In this document: positions 9,862 to 18,361 of the stretch, piece after piece | How the letters are laid out: every line of letters starts with the position of its first letter | Position numbering within the stretch: position 1 is the first letter of the stretch | Origin: Alphaproteobacteria bacterium | GTDB taxonomy: Bacteria; Pseudomonadota; Alphaproteobacteria; UBA7887 | Reading direction: 5' to 3' | Length of the DNA: 64,000 nucleotides | NCBI GenBank assembly: GCA_965216755.1 | Contig: CBDCGL010000011.1 | Coordinates: forward strand, 608,001 to 672,000 | The notes under the pieces: generated by a model | What the model was told of the DNA's origin: nothing | Database searches by the model: none | The model's input: only the letters and a program-made list of their open reading frames with translations | Translations under genes and position numbers: made by a program

Positions 9862-11151
9862 ATGAACGACAAAAAGATCATCGCATTTTTTCCGGAAGCG
9901 GCCTTTGGACCAGCATTAAACTCTGTCGGGATCGCACAGGCATGCGAGAAACGCGGCCATAAGGCGGTGTTTCTCACCGATCCAGGCATGGCCGGCGTTT
10001 ATGCCGGCTATGGCTTCGAGGAACACATGGTCAACATGTCGGAACCCATGGATCCGGAGGCGATGGCCAAATATTGGTCCGACTTTATCAATGGCCATAT
10101 TCCTAATTTCAATAAGTCACCGTATGATCAGATTGACAATTATGTGAAGGAATGTTGGGAAGCGATCGTCGATACGGCCCTTTGGGCCGAGAAAGATTTG
10201 CCGGCTGTGTTGGCGCGTGTGAAGCCGCATATTGTTTGTGTCGATAACGTGATTTTGTTTCCGGCCATTAAACGCTATAGCCGCGAAAATAAAGTGCCTT
10301 GGGTGCGGATTATTTCATGCTCGGAGAACGAAATCGTTGATCCAGACATTCCGCCACATCTGTCGGGCTGCGGCGTGGAAGACAAATCATGCTTTGAACG
10401 ATTTGAACGAAAGTTCAATGAAGTCATTAAACCAAGCCACGATGCCTTTAACGCGTTTCTCAAGGAATGTGATGAGGACCCGTATCCGATCGGGCAGTTC
10501 TTTGAAGCATCACCTTATTTGAACCTTCTACTTTACCCGGAACCGGTAAAATTCCAAAGGCGAACGCCGCTCGATCCGAAGCAATTCCAGTATTTGGAAG
10601 GCTGCGTACGCGACGAAGCGGACTATCAGATTCCGGATTTCGGATCCTATAATGACAAGCCGTTGCTCTATGTCAGCTTCGGCAGTTTGGGATCGGGCGA
10701 CACGGATCTGCTGAAGCGTCTGATCGCGGCAGTTGGTGCCATGCCGCTGCGCGCATTGGTCAATGTTGGCGACTACAAAGACGCCTACGACTCGCTTCCG
10801 GCGAACATTGTTATTGACAGTTGGTTTCCGCAGCCCTCGTTGATCCGCCAAGTTGATGGGGTTATCCACCACGGCGGCAACAACAGCTTTAACGAGTGCC
10901 TCTATTTCGGCAAGCCGGCAATCATCATGCCGTATGTTTGGGATGGTCACGACAACGCCACACGCGTTCAGGAAACAGGCCACGGATTTCATATGCACCG
11001 GGCGGATTGGACCGATGACGCATTGGCCGCGAAAATCGATGCTATGCTGAATGATACATCCATGCGCGCCAAACTGGCGGAGACTTCGGCGCATATGCAA
11101 AGTCGCCACGGGCCAACCAAGGCAGCCGATCTACTCACGGCACTCTTGTGA
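9862..11151 (+). CDS. GT-B fold glycosyltransferase-like protein (GT1/MGT family, atypical active site)
   Basis: LYVSFGSLG and WFPQ......D..IHHGGNNSFNE.L..GKP (PSPG-like UDP-binding box). Confidence 0.85.
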   Translation: MNDKKIIAFFPEAAFGPALNSVGIAQACEKRGHKAVFLTDPGMAGVYAGYGFEEHMVNMSEPMDPEAMAKYWSDFINGHIPNFNKSPYDQIDNYVKECWEAIVDTALWAEKDLPAVLARVKPHIVCVDNVILFPAIKRYSRENKVPWVRIISCSENEIVDPDIPPHLSGCGVEDKSCFERFERKFNEVIKPSHDAFNAFLKECDEDPYPIGQFFEASPYLNLLLYPEPVKFQRRTPLDPKQFQYLEGCVRDEADYQIPDFGSYNDKPLLYVSFGSLGSGDTDLLKRLIAAVGAMPLRALVNVGDYKDAYDSLPANIVIDSWFPQPSLIRQVDGVIHHGGNNSFNECLYFGKPAIIMPYVWDGHDNATRVQETGHGFHMHRADWTDDALAAKIDAMLNDTSMRAKLAETSAHMQSRHGPTKAADLLTALL

Positions 11152-11504
11152 ACCCGGGAATGCGGACAGCTTTGTTGCAGAGCCCCGACACCACGACCGA
11201 TTTGGTCGACTGGGGCGTGATTCCGACAATGATCGAAGGCGAATCGCGGACGTCGGGCAAGCTGCTGTTCAAGGACGATTCCGGATCGGGCGAAGCCGGG
11301 TTGTGGGTGTGCACGCCCGGATATTGGGCGTGCGAGGTAACGCACGATGAGTTTTGTCACTTTTTGCAGGGCAGTTGTACCTACACGCACGAATTGGGCG
11401 AGGTGCTCGAAATCACACCAAACACAAGCGCCTTTTTTCCAGCCGGATGGAAGGGCACGTGCCGCGTCCACGAGACCGTGCGAAAGGTCTACATGATTCG
11501 GTAA
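11148..11504 (+). CDS. Cupin (DUF861/EutQ-like)
   Basis: GLWVCTPG, DEFCHFLQG, FFPAGWKG.C.V.ETVRKVY; GTGA overlap with the upstream gene. Confidence 0.88.
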   Translation: MNPGMRTALLQSPDTTTDLVDWGVIPTMIEGESRTSGKLLFKDDSGSGEAGLWVCTPGYWACEVTHDEFCHFLQGSCTYTHELGEVLEITPNTSAFFPAGWKGTCRVHETVRKVYMIR

Positions 11505-11507
11505 GCC

Positions 11508-13022
11508 ATGGCTGTTTTTGATCCGCAAACGCCACAGATTTATGTTGATGGCGATTATTTGCCACTGGATGGGGTCGAGCCTCTCGATATTGTCGATCCG
11601 GCGAGCTTGAATGTTGTTGGTCGTTCGGCCCATTGCCCCGCCGATTACTTGGCTACCGTGATCGAGAGCGCCAATGCGGCCCAAATGAAATGGCGACAGA
11701 CCGATACCAAGACTCGCGCCGCATGCTTGCATCGCGTCGCCGACGCAATCGAAAAGTCGAGTTTCCATGACGTGGCCTTGCTCATGGTACGTGAGATGGG
11801 AAAGCCCTATCCGGAAGCCGTCGGCGAATTGGCCAATGTCGCGCCGGTGTTCCGTTATTTTGCCGAAATGGCCCGCGATCAGGCGGGCAAGATCGCCGGG
11901 ACAACGCAGCCCGGGTCATTCCAATATACTCGCGACGAGCCCTATGGTGTCAGCGTCCATATCGTACCATTTAATTTCCCCATTCTGCTCATGTGCTGGA
12001 CTGTGGCGGCGTCTCTTGCGGCGGGGAATGCGTGCATTGTTAAGCCGTCCGAGGCGACATCTTTGTGTACGCTCCGGTTTATGGCCCATTTCAATGAACT
12101 GGCACCTGGTTTGGTGAATTGCGTCGTGGGTGGTGCGTCAACCGCGCAGGCGTTGATCGAGAATGCGGGAACGCACATTGTTGCCTTTACCGGCGGAGTT
12201 GACGCTGGGCGCAAAGTGAACATGGCTTGTGCGCGTTTGATGAAGCCAGCGGTGATCGAAGCTGGCGGCAACGATGCCATGATCATCAGCGAGTCGGCGC
12301 CGTTGGATGTCGCGGTGCCGGGCGCCGTCACGGCGGCGTTTCACTTGTCCGGCCAAGTTTGCACGTCGACCGAGCGCCTTTTCGTGCACGATACAATACA
12401 TGACACTTTTGTCGCGCGTTTTGTCGCGGCCACGCGAGCGTTGCGCATCGGTCCCGGTTTGTCGAAAGCAGAGGTGGGGCCCCTGGTGAGCCGGGCCGCA
12501 CGCGAGAAGGTGATTGATCTGGTCGAAGGCGCAATTGCAGAAGGCGCGACGCTGGCCTGTGGCGGCGGTGTGCCGTCGCAACATAACACCGGCTGGTATT
12601 TTGAACCGACTGTACTCATCGATGCCCGCCCGGACATGACGATAATGCAGAACGAGATGTTCGGACCGGTCGTTGCCGTTTGCCGGATCAGTTCATTTGA
12701 AGAGGCGCTCCGCCTTGCCAATCAATCTCGTTATGGTCTCGGAGCATCAATTTTCACTTCCGACATGGCGGAAGCCCAGCGCGCCTCTGAAATGCTTGAG
12801 GCGGGCATGGTCTGGATCAACAATCCATTGATTGACAATGATGCGCTGCCGTTCGGAGGATGGAAGTTATCGGGTATCGGCCGCGAGCTCGGGCGCCACG
12901 GGTTGGACGCCTTTCGCCAAACGAAAATGGTGGTTACGGATGCTGTCCCAACCGTGCAAGAGTGGTGGTATCCCTATCCAGACGACTGGTTTTATGATGG
13001 CGCTGGCCGTAAATTTGACTGA
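11508..13022 (+). CDS. NAD(P)-dependent aldehyde dehydrogenase
   Basis: PFNFP, KPSE, FTGG, EAGGND, catalytic GQVC, EMFGPV, PFGGWKLSG. Confidence 0.93.
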   Translation: MAVFDPQTPQIYVDGDYLPLDGVEPLDIVDPASLNVVGRSAHCPADYLATVIESANAAQMKWRQTDTKTRAACLHRVADAIEKSSFHDVALLMVREMGKPYPEAVGELANVAPVFRYFAEMARDQAGKIAGTTQPGSFQYTRDEPYGVSVHIVPFNFPILLMCWTVAASLAAGNACIVKPSEATSLCTLRFMAHFNELAPGLVNCVVGGASTAQALIENAGTHIVAFTGGVDAGRKVNMACARLMKPAVIEAGGNDAMIISESAPLDVAVPGAVTAAFHLSGQVCTSTERLFVHDTIHDTFVARFVAATRALRIGPGLSKAEVGPLVSRAAREKVIDLVEGAIAEGATLACGGGVPSQHNTGWYFEPTVLIDARPDMTIMQNEMFGPVVAVCRISSFEEALRLANQSRYGLGASIFTSDMAEAQRASEMLEAGMVWINNPLIDNDALPFGGWKLSGIGRELGRHGLDAFRQTKMVVTDAVPTVQEWWYPYPDDWFYDGAGRKFD

Positions 13023-13024
13023 CG

Positions 13025-13930
13025 CTACAGATACGTACAATCACGGCAAGCCGGAACACAAAGGCGCGTCTTCGCATCGGCGCGAATGGCGCGTTGGGTC
13101 GGCGCGTTAAATATATCCAACAAGTTCTCATCGGCGACATTGCCGATTGGCCATTCGCCCCGGCCGTCCATGCAGCACATGGTCACCGCGCCTGTCGCCA
13201 TGATGGACAAGTCGAACCAACGGCGGCACGGTAAATCGGGTGCCTCGGCAAGCATGGCGCGTTCATCCACTTGTCCTTTCCAGTCTTTCCGCATGCTAAG
13301 CGTTGTCGTGAATGCTGGAAACATGTTGCGGCCCCACTGCATGAACTCTTCGTCCGTCGGGCTCCCGTCCATGACACGATTGATTGTAACCTGGTGCGGA
13401 AATGTACCCTCCGCCGTGAGTCGGTGCAGGAGTCGCAATCGGTCAACCGTCCGGTCGAAGGGCATGTGCATAAGTGTTTCATAGGGTTCCCGCCTGTGGT
13501 CGTTGAGTGAAATGACCAACGAGGTCACGTTCTCAATCGTGGCGAGGCGCCGCAAGACTGGCTCTGTAAATGCGGAGCCGTTCGAAAATAATGATAGTTG
13601 GGCATTCGGCAGCCGCACATTGACTTGGTGAAGAACCTCTACAAGTCGTTTGTCGAGAAATGGTTCGTTGACTTTGTATGGCGCTAGGGTGAAGGGGACT
13701 GATTGAGGAATGGCACTGAGATCGTCGATGATCTTCTCGATCAGTGCATCTGACATGCGTATTCCCTTGCGATCCAACGTCGGATACGGACAGAAATTGC
13801 ATGCGGCGTTGCAGACAGCCAGCGTCTCAAGATGCACGTGGCGCGGCCAGTCAATGTAAGACGATTCGCGATATGCTCTTACATCGGAGACGATGCTCCG
13901 AATGTGCTCCAAAATCCAAGCGCCGTCCAT
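13025..13930 (-). CDS. Radical SAM protein with SPASM/Twitch domain
   Basis: CNAACNFC (CxxxCxxC); C-terminal C...G.VTMCC...GNV...C..C..C; start may be 13930 or 13948. Confidence 0.88.
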   Translation of the reverse strand: MDGAWILEHIRSIVSDVRAYRESSYIDWPRHVHLETLAVCNAACNFCPYPTLDRKGIRMSDALIEKIIDDLSAIPQSVPFTLAPYKVNEPFLDKRLVEVLHQVNVRLPNAQLSLFSNGSAFTEPVLRRLATIENVTSLVISLNDHRREPYETLMHMPFDRTVDRLRLLHRLTAEGTFPHQVTINRVMDGSPTDEEFMQWGRNMFPAFTTTLSMRKDWKGQVDERAMLAEAPDLPCRRWFDLSIMATGAVTMCCMDGRGEWPIGNVADENLLDIFNAPTQRAIRADAKTRLCVPACRDCTYL

Positions 13931-14024
13931 CGGCCGAAACCACGTCAAATTGTTGGGGTTCTAGCCTCGGATGATAGTCTTTCGAATTATTTAACCATAT
14001 CAAGCAATTGAAATATAAAAGGAA

Positions 14025-15242
14025 TCAGTCTTTTGCCTTGTTGTACGGCGAATAGTGGGCACCAACTGCGGTGATCTCGTAGTCGATTTCATCGCGCTCG
14101 CGTTCGAGATAGTCGGCGACCGCCCGGCGGAACCCTGTGTCGGCGATCCAATGCGCGCTGTAAGTCAGGCGTGGCAAATAACCACGATGGACCTTGTGTG
14201 GTCCCTGTGCGCCGGCTTCGACATGCTTCAGCCCGTGGTCAATAGCAAATTCTATAGCTTGGTAATAACACGCTTCAAAATGAAGACAATCGTGGTCCTC
14301 GATGCAGCCCCAATTTCGACCGTAAAGTGTATCTGTGCCGATAAAGTTGAGCGCGCCGGCAATATAGCGGCCACCGCGGCGGCACATCACAAGGGCAACC
14401 TTGTCAGCCATCTTGTCATGGATAATATCGAAAAAACTGCGGGTCAGGTAGGGTGATCCCCACTTGCGGCTCCCGGTATCCGTATAGAATCGGAAAAAGG
14501 CATCCCAATGTTCGGGCTTGAGATCGGAACCCGTCAAAACCTGTATGTCGATACCGGCGGCGACGGCGGTTGCGCGTTCTTTGCGGATCGTCTTGCGCCG
14601 GCGTGCCGTGAGCACGCGCAAGAAATCGTCGAAACGCTCATAGTTGTCATTATGCCAGTGGAATTGCTCACCGGTCCGCCGTAGAAAGCCGCACTCGCCC
14701 ATCAGCCGCCATTCATCTTCGGTCGGAAAAGTCACATGAAGCGACGAAACACCGAACCTCTCGCCCACTTGCACCGCCGCGTTGATCAATGCCAGCTGGT
14801 GACGTTCGCGAAGCGGGCCCGGGCGCGTCAATAGACGCGGGCCGGTGACCGGCGTAAACGGTACCGATGCCTGCAGTTTTGGATAGTAGCGGCCGCCGGC
14901 GCGTTCAAAGGCGTGTGCCCATGAATGGTCGAAGACATACTCGCCCTGAGAATGGTTTTTGAGATACAGCGGCAGGGCACCGAGCAGTTCGCCGTCGCTG
15001 TCTTCCAAGAGCACATGCTGGGGCAGCCAGCCGGTCTCGGCTGCGCAAGAACCGCTTTCTTCCAAGGCCAGAAGAAAGGCATGACTCAAAAATGGGTTGT
15101 CGCTGCCCGCACAGGCGTCCCAGGCGGCTTCCTGAACCTGGCCTAGGTCGTCAACCGTGCGCGCGGTCATCGCCTGGCGCTCATGTGACTCGACCGGCCT
15201 TGCGGGTTGCACGCGCGCGGCGTGGCGTCGCTCAGCGGTCAT
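14025..15242 (-). CDS. GNAT-fold FemAB-like protein (DUF482)
   Basis: HSQGEYVFDHSWA, YYPKL...PFTP.TG.R, LYGRNWG, LHFEACYYQ, EAGAQG.HK..RGY. Confidence 0.93.
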   Translation of the reverse strand: MTAERRHAARVQPARPVESHERQAMTARTVDDLGQVQEAAWDACAGSDNPFLSHAFLLALEESGSCAAETGWLPQHVLLEDSDGELLGALPLYLKNHSQGEYVFDHSWAHAFERAGGRYYPKLQASVPFTPVTGPRLLTRPGPLRERHQLALINAAVQVGERFGVSSLHVTFPTEDEWRLMGECGFLRRTGEQFHWHNDNYERFDDFLRVLTARRRKTIRKERATAVAAGIDIQVLTGSDLKPEHWDAFFRFYTDTGSRKWGSPYLTRSFFDIIHDKMADKVALVMCRRGGRYIAGALNFIGTDTLYGRNWGCIEDHDCLHFEACYYQAIEFAIDHGLKHVEAGAQGPHKVHRGYLPRLTYSAHWIADTGFRRAVADYLERERDEIDYEITAVGAHYSPYNKAKD

Positions 15243-15290
15243 GGGCCACCGCTGTTGCGGCTGCGCCGTGGCTTCGGGGGATACGCACAG

Positions 15291-15639
15291 CTAGAGCGGC
15301 GCCCGGCCCTGCGGGTTCGCGGCCCGGCGGGCGCCCCGCAATGGGAATCCATGTGGACGACCACATTGGTCGGCCGACTTGCCCGATGCGCTCGTGCGGT
15401 GGATCGGACGTTCGCTTGATCTCGCAGCGAGCACCAGAGCGAACGTCCGATCCGTGAACCGCACGAGATCCAAATATTCGGCTCGTGTCCTGACGAAACC
15501 GAAGTTCGTAAGGTGCCTGGCGTCAGACGTGACGAACTTCGGTTTCGGGACACGAGCATCGCGCTGCGCTGCCCTTCGCGTGGATCGCCATGCCCGGCCG
15601 CGAACAGAATTGATTCAATATTATCGGACACTGCTCTAG
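15291..15639. mobile_element. Non-autonomous palindromic element (MITE-like) with CTAGAGC...GCTCTAG ends and a nested two-hairpin core
   Basis: Terminal inverted repeat (12/16 match), internal long-range stems and two 26-bp hairpins, all read directly from the sequence; no credible CDS; mobility is inferred. Confidence 0.7.
15390..15557. repeat. Double-hairpin core: two 10+16-bp stems separated by a 13-nt AT-rich spacer
   Basis: 15391-15400/15458-15467 and 15401-15416/15438-15453; 15481-15490/15548-15557 and 15494-15509/15532-15547 are perfect reverse complements. Confidence 0.95.
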
Positions 15640-16109
15640 GCCACTGAAATTTCGAAGATCCCGTCGGCCTCGACAGCCACATTGCGGGGCAACACATTGG
15701 TTCCGACGGCGAACCGAGCATGCCGACCCGCGTCGCCGAACACATCGACCATCAGATCGGAAATTCCATTGGCGACTTCCGGCTGTCGATCAAACATATC
15801 GGGGCAATTGATGAACACGCCCAGTTTGACGCACCGACGCACGCGGTCCAAGTCGCCGTCGCAGGCGACCTTGAGTTGTGCAAGCATGTTGAGACCGCAC
15901 AGGCGCGCGGCGCTTTTTCCTTCATCAACCGTGAAATCCTTGCCGACCTTGCCAACGTAGCGTACTTCGCCATTCCAAAACGTTATTTGGCCGGCGATGA
16001 ACACAAGGTTCCCGGTGGTCACGAATGGTATGTAGTTCGCGGCCGGCGTGGCCGGCTGCGGCAGCTCAATACGACTTTCGGCGAGGCGTGCGTCGATTGT
16101 ACCTGGCAT
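15636..16109 (-). CDS. RidA/YjgF-family protein
   Basis: PAANYIP, FIAGQI, VANG.SDL...VFG..G.HAR.AVG...LP....VE; RBS GGAGGA. Confidence 0.92.
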   Translation of the reverse strand: MPGTIDARLAESRIELPQPATPAANYIPFVTTGNLVFIAGQITFWNGEVRYVGKVGKDFTVDEGKSAARLCGLNMLAQLKVACDGDLDRVRRCVKLGVFINCPDMFDRQPEVANGISDLMVDVFGDAGRHARFAVGTNVLPRNVAVEADGIFEISVA

Positions 16110-16272
16110 GGTCGATCCTCCGAATGCATCCGTGCCACCATAACGCCGTCGGGCGCCGTGGTTCCAGTGAACCGTGGCTTGCGCCATGGTGGCAGCCACA
16201 CGTTCGGCGACAGTTCACCATGATTCATTGTATACTGCTTCGGTTACGACTGACGGGGCAGCCGAACTTTAT

Positions 16273-17304
16273 ATGACAACGCCAAAGCTCGATGGTCTGC
16301 ATATGCCGGCCGAATGGGATGCGCACAGCAAGTGTTGGATGGCGTGGCCGAGCAATCGCGCGGTCTGGGGCGAAACGTTGGTGGCGGCGCAAGCTGCCTA
16401 TATCAATGTCGCGCAGGCCATCGCGGATTTCGAACCGGTGACAATCGTTGCCGATCCGGCGTCCGCCGCCGATGTCTCACTTCGCGGTGGGCGCGGGATC
16501 AGCGTTTTTGCCTGTCCGCACGACGACGCTTGGATCCGTGACAATGGGCCCACATTTGTCACAGATGGCGCTGGCGGCCTGGCCGGTGTCGATTGGCAAT
16601 GGAATGCATGGGGCGAGATCTACCCGGACTACGAAAACGATGCGGCGGTTGCGCGCGAGATCCTGTCGAACCTCAGAATGCGGCGCTACGAAGCGCCGTT
16701 GGTGTTGGAAGGGGGATCAATCCACGTCGACGGCGAAGGCACAGCCTTGACGACCGAGGAATGCCTGCTCAATCCGAACCGCAACGCGAAATTGGATCGC
16801 CACGCGATCGAGGACCTCTTACGTGCCTATTTGGGCGTTGAAGCAATCATCTGGCTTGCGGGTGGCCTACAAGACGACGAAACCGACGGCCACGTCGACA
16901 ACATCGCGTGTTTCGCCCGGCCAGGAGTTGTGATCGTGCAGTCGGAAGCCGATCCGAACGACGGCAACTACACGGTCCTTCAAGAGAATTTGGCTCGTTT
17001 GCGGGCGGCGACGGATGCGCGGGGGCGGCAAATTGACATTATTGAACTGCCGCAGCCGCGCCGCGTTGACCATGGCGAGGCGCGATTGGCGTTGTCATAT
17101 GTGAATTTCTATTTGGCCAACGGAGCCGTGATTGCGCCGCAATTCGACGACGCCGAAGACTCGCGTGCGTTGAACTTGTTGAAAGACACGTTCCAAGACC
17201 GCAGCATCGTGCCGGTCGATGTGCTGGACATCGTAAAGGGCGGCGGTGGCATTCATTGTATCACGCAGCAGCAGCCAGCCGGCGAGGCATTGCCGCCGCA
17301 ATAG
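16273..17304 (+). CDS. aguA: Agmatine deiminase
   Basis: MPAEW, DAWIRDNGP, LEGGSIHVDGEGT, TDGHVDN, SYVNFY, GGGGIHCITQQQP. Confidence 0.95.
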   Translation: MTTPKLDGLHMPAEWDAHSKCWMAWPSNRAVWGETLVAAQAAYINVAQAIADFEPVTIVADPASAADVSLRGGRGISVFACPHDDAWIRDNGPTFVTDGAGGLAGVDWQWNAWGEIYPDYENDAAVAREILSNLRMRRYEAPLVLEGGSIHVDGEGTALTTEECLLNPNRNAKLDRHAIEDLLRAYLGVEAIIWLAGGLQDDETDGHVDNIACFARPGVVIVQSEADPNDGNYTVLQENLARLRAATDARGRQIDIIELPQPRRVDHGEARLALSYVNFYLANGAVIAPQFDDAEDSRALNLLKDTFQDRSIVPVDVLDIVKGGGGIHCITQQQPAGEALPPQ

Positions 17305-17510
17305 CGCGTCAATGCGTTGGCGCGGGTGGTGCCCTGCCGTGATCTCAGTTTCATTGGGCAGTATCGGCGTTCGCCGCGGCCTCCAATGATCTTCAGGCGC
17401 GCGCACGACTCGGCTTGCCAGCGGTCATGTTGGCGGCGATCATGCCGGGCCCGTTGCGCCGGCGCCAGAATGGTGCGTTGACAGAACGATGCTTAAATTG
17501 AGGTGATGCG

Positions 17511-18161
17511 ATGAAACTTTACTATGATCCGATTACCGTGAACTGCCGCAAGGTTGTTGCCGGGCTTGATCTCTTGGGTGTGGCCTATGAATCGGTTCAC
17601 GTCGACTATTTCGGTCAAGGCCACAAACAGCTCGACTTCCTGGCCATCAATCCAAACGGAGAGTTGCCGGCATTGGTCGACGGTGACCTGCAGCTATGGG
17701 AGTCAAACGCGATCCTTGCCTATGGCGCCGACGTTAAGGGCGAGACATCTGCTTATCCGAGCGATCCGAAAGTGCGGGCCGACATCCACCGCTGGTTCCT
17801 GTGGGAAGCCAGTAAATGGTTCGACGGCTGCTATGTGTATTTGGTGGAGAACGTCGTTAAGCCTCTGTTGGGCGAGCAGCCCGACCAAGCGGTCTTAGAT
17901 GGCCACGCGCCGACCTTCCACAATCTGGCCGGTATCCTGGAAAAGCGGCTCGCCGGGCGCCAATGGCTTAGTGCCGATGACGTGACTTTGGCAGATATAG
18001 CCGTGGCTGCGCCGATGCATTTGCACAGTTTTCAAAAACTTCCGTTGGACGATTATTCCAACCTACGAGGCTGGATGGATCGCGTGGAATCGCTGCCCTG
18101 TTGGCAGAAATCCGATCCAATCCCGATCATCGAGAAGAATTTGAACATCAAACTGCGGTAA
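17511..18161 (+). CDS. Glutathione S-transferase family protein
   Basis: INPNGELPAL.D, LWESNAIL.Y, TLADIA. Confidence 0.92.
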   Translation: MKLYYDPITVNCRKVVAGLDLLGVAYESVHVDYFGQGHKQLDFLAINPNGELPALVDGDLQLWESNAILAYGADVKGETSAYPSDPKVRADIHRWFLWEASKWFDGCYVYLVENVVKPLLGEQPDQAVLDGHAPTFHNLAGILEKRLAGRQWLSADDVTLADIAVAAPMHLHSFQKLPLDDYSNLRGWMDRVESLPCWQKSDPIPIIEKNLNIKLR

Positions 18162-18296
18162 CGACGGCGACATGTCGCTTGCGCGGCAAAGGGCTCGTGC
18201 GGTCGCCTCTATCTTGCGATTTGATGCGACGTGCGCCCGACCGGTCAAAACGCTGCCGACCCGATGTGATTGACAACCGACTCTCGCGTTGTTCGC

Positions 18297-18331
18297 GTGG
18301 TGGGATCGAAAGAGCTGCTCGATCCCATCAC
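18297..18331. terminator. 13-bp hairpin between convergent GST and SDR genes (possible bidirectional terminator or REP)
   Basis: GTGGTGGGATCGA-N9-TCGATCCCATCAC; no U-tract. Confidence 0.45.
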
Positions 18332-18361
18332 CACCAAGACAAGTGATTTGCATGGCTGCGT

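Noticed and set aside
15490-15515. CTGACGA...GAAAC resembling a hammerhead ribozyme core
   Set aside because: The two motifs overlap, leaving no stem II before GAAA, and the bases are taken up by the 16-bp stem
15390-15557. Possible mini-CRISPR or retron msr-msd
   Set aside because: No identical direct repeats with spacers, and no cas or reverse transcriptase gene in the window
15239-15745. 168-aa and shorter ORFs across the ridA-DUF482 gap
   Set aside because: Arg/Ser/Pro-rich with no motifs; the sequence is explained by palindromic structure
16110-16272. Possible riboswitch in the aguA leader (TTCGGTT...AGCCGAA hairpin)
   Set aside because: Only a 7-bp stem and no recognisable aptamer consensus
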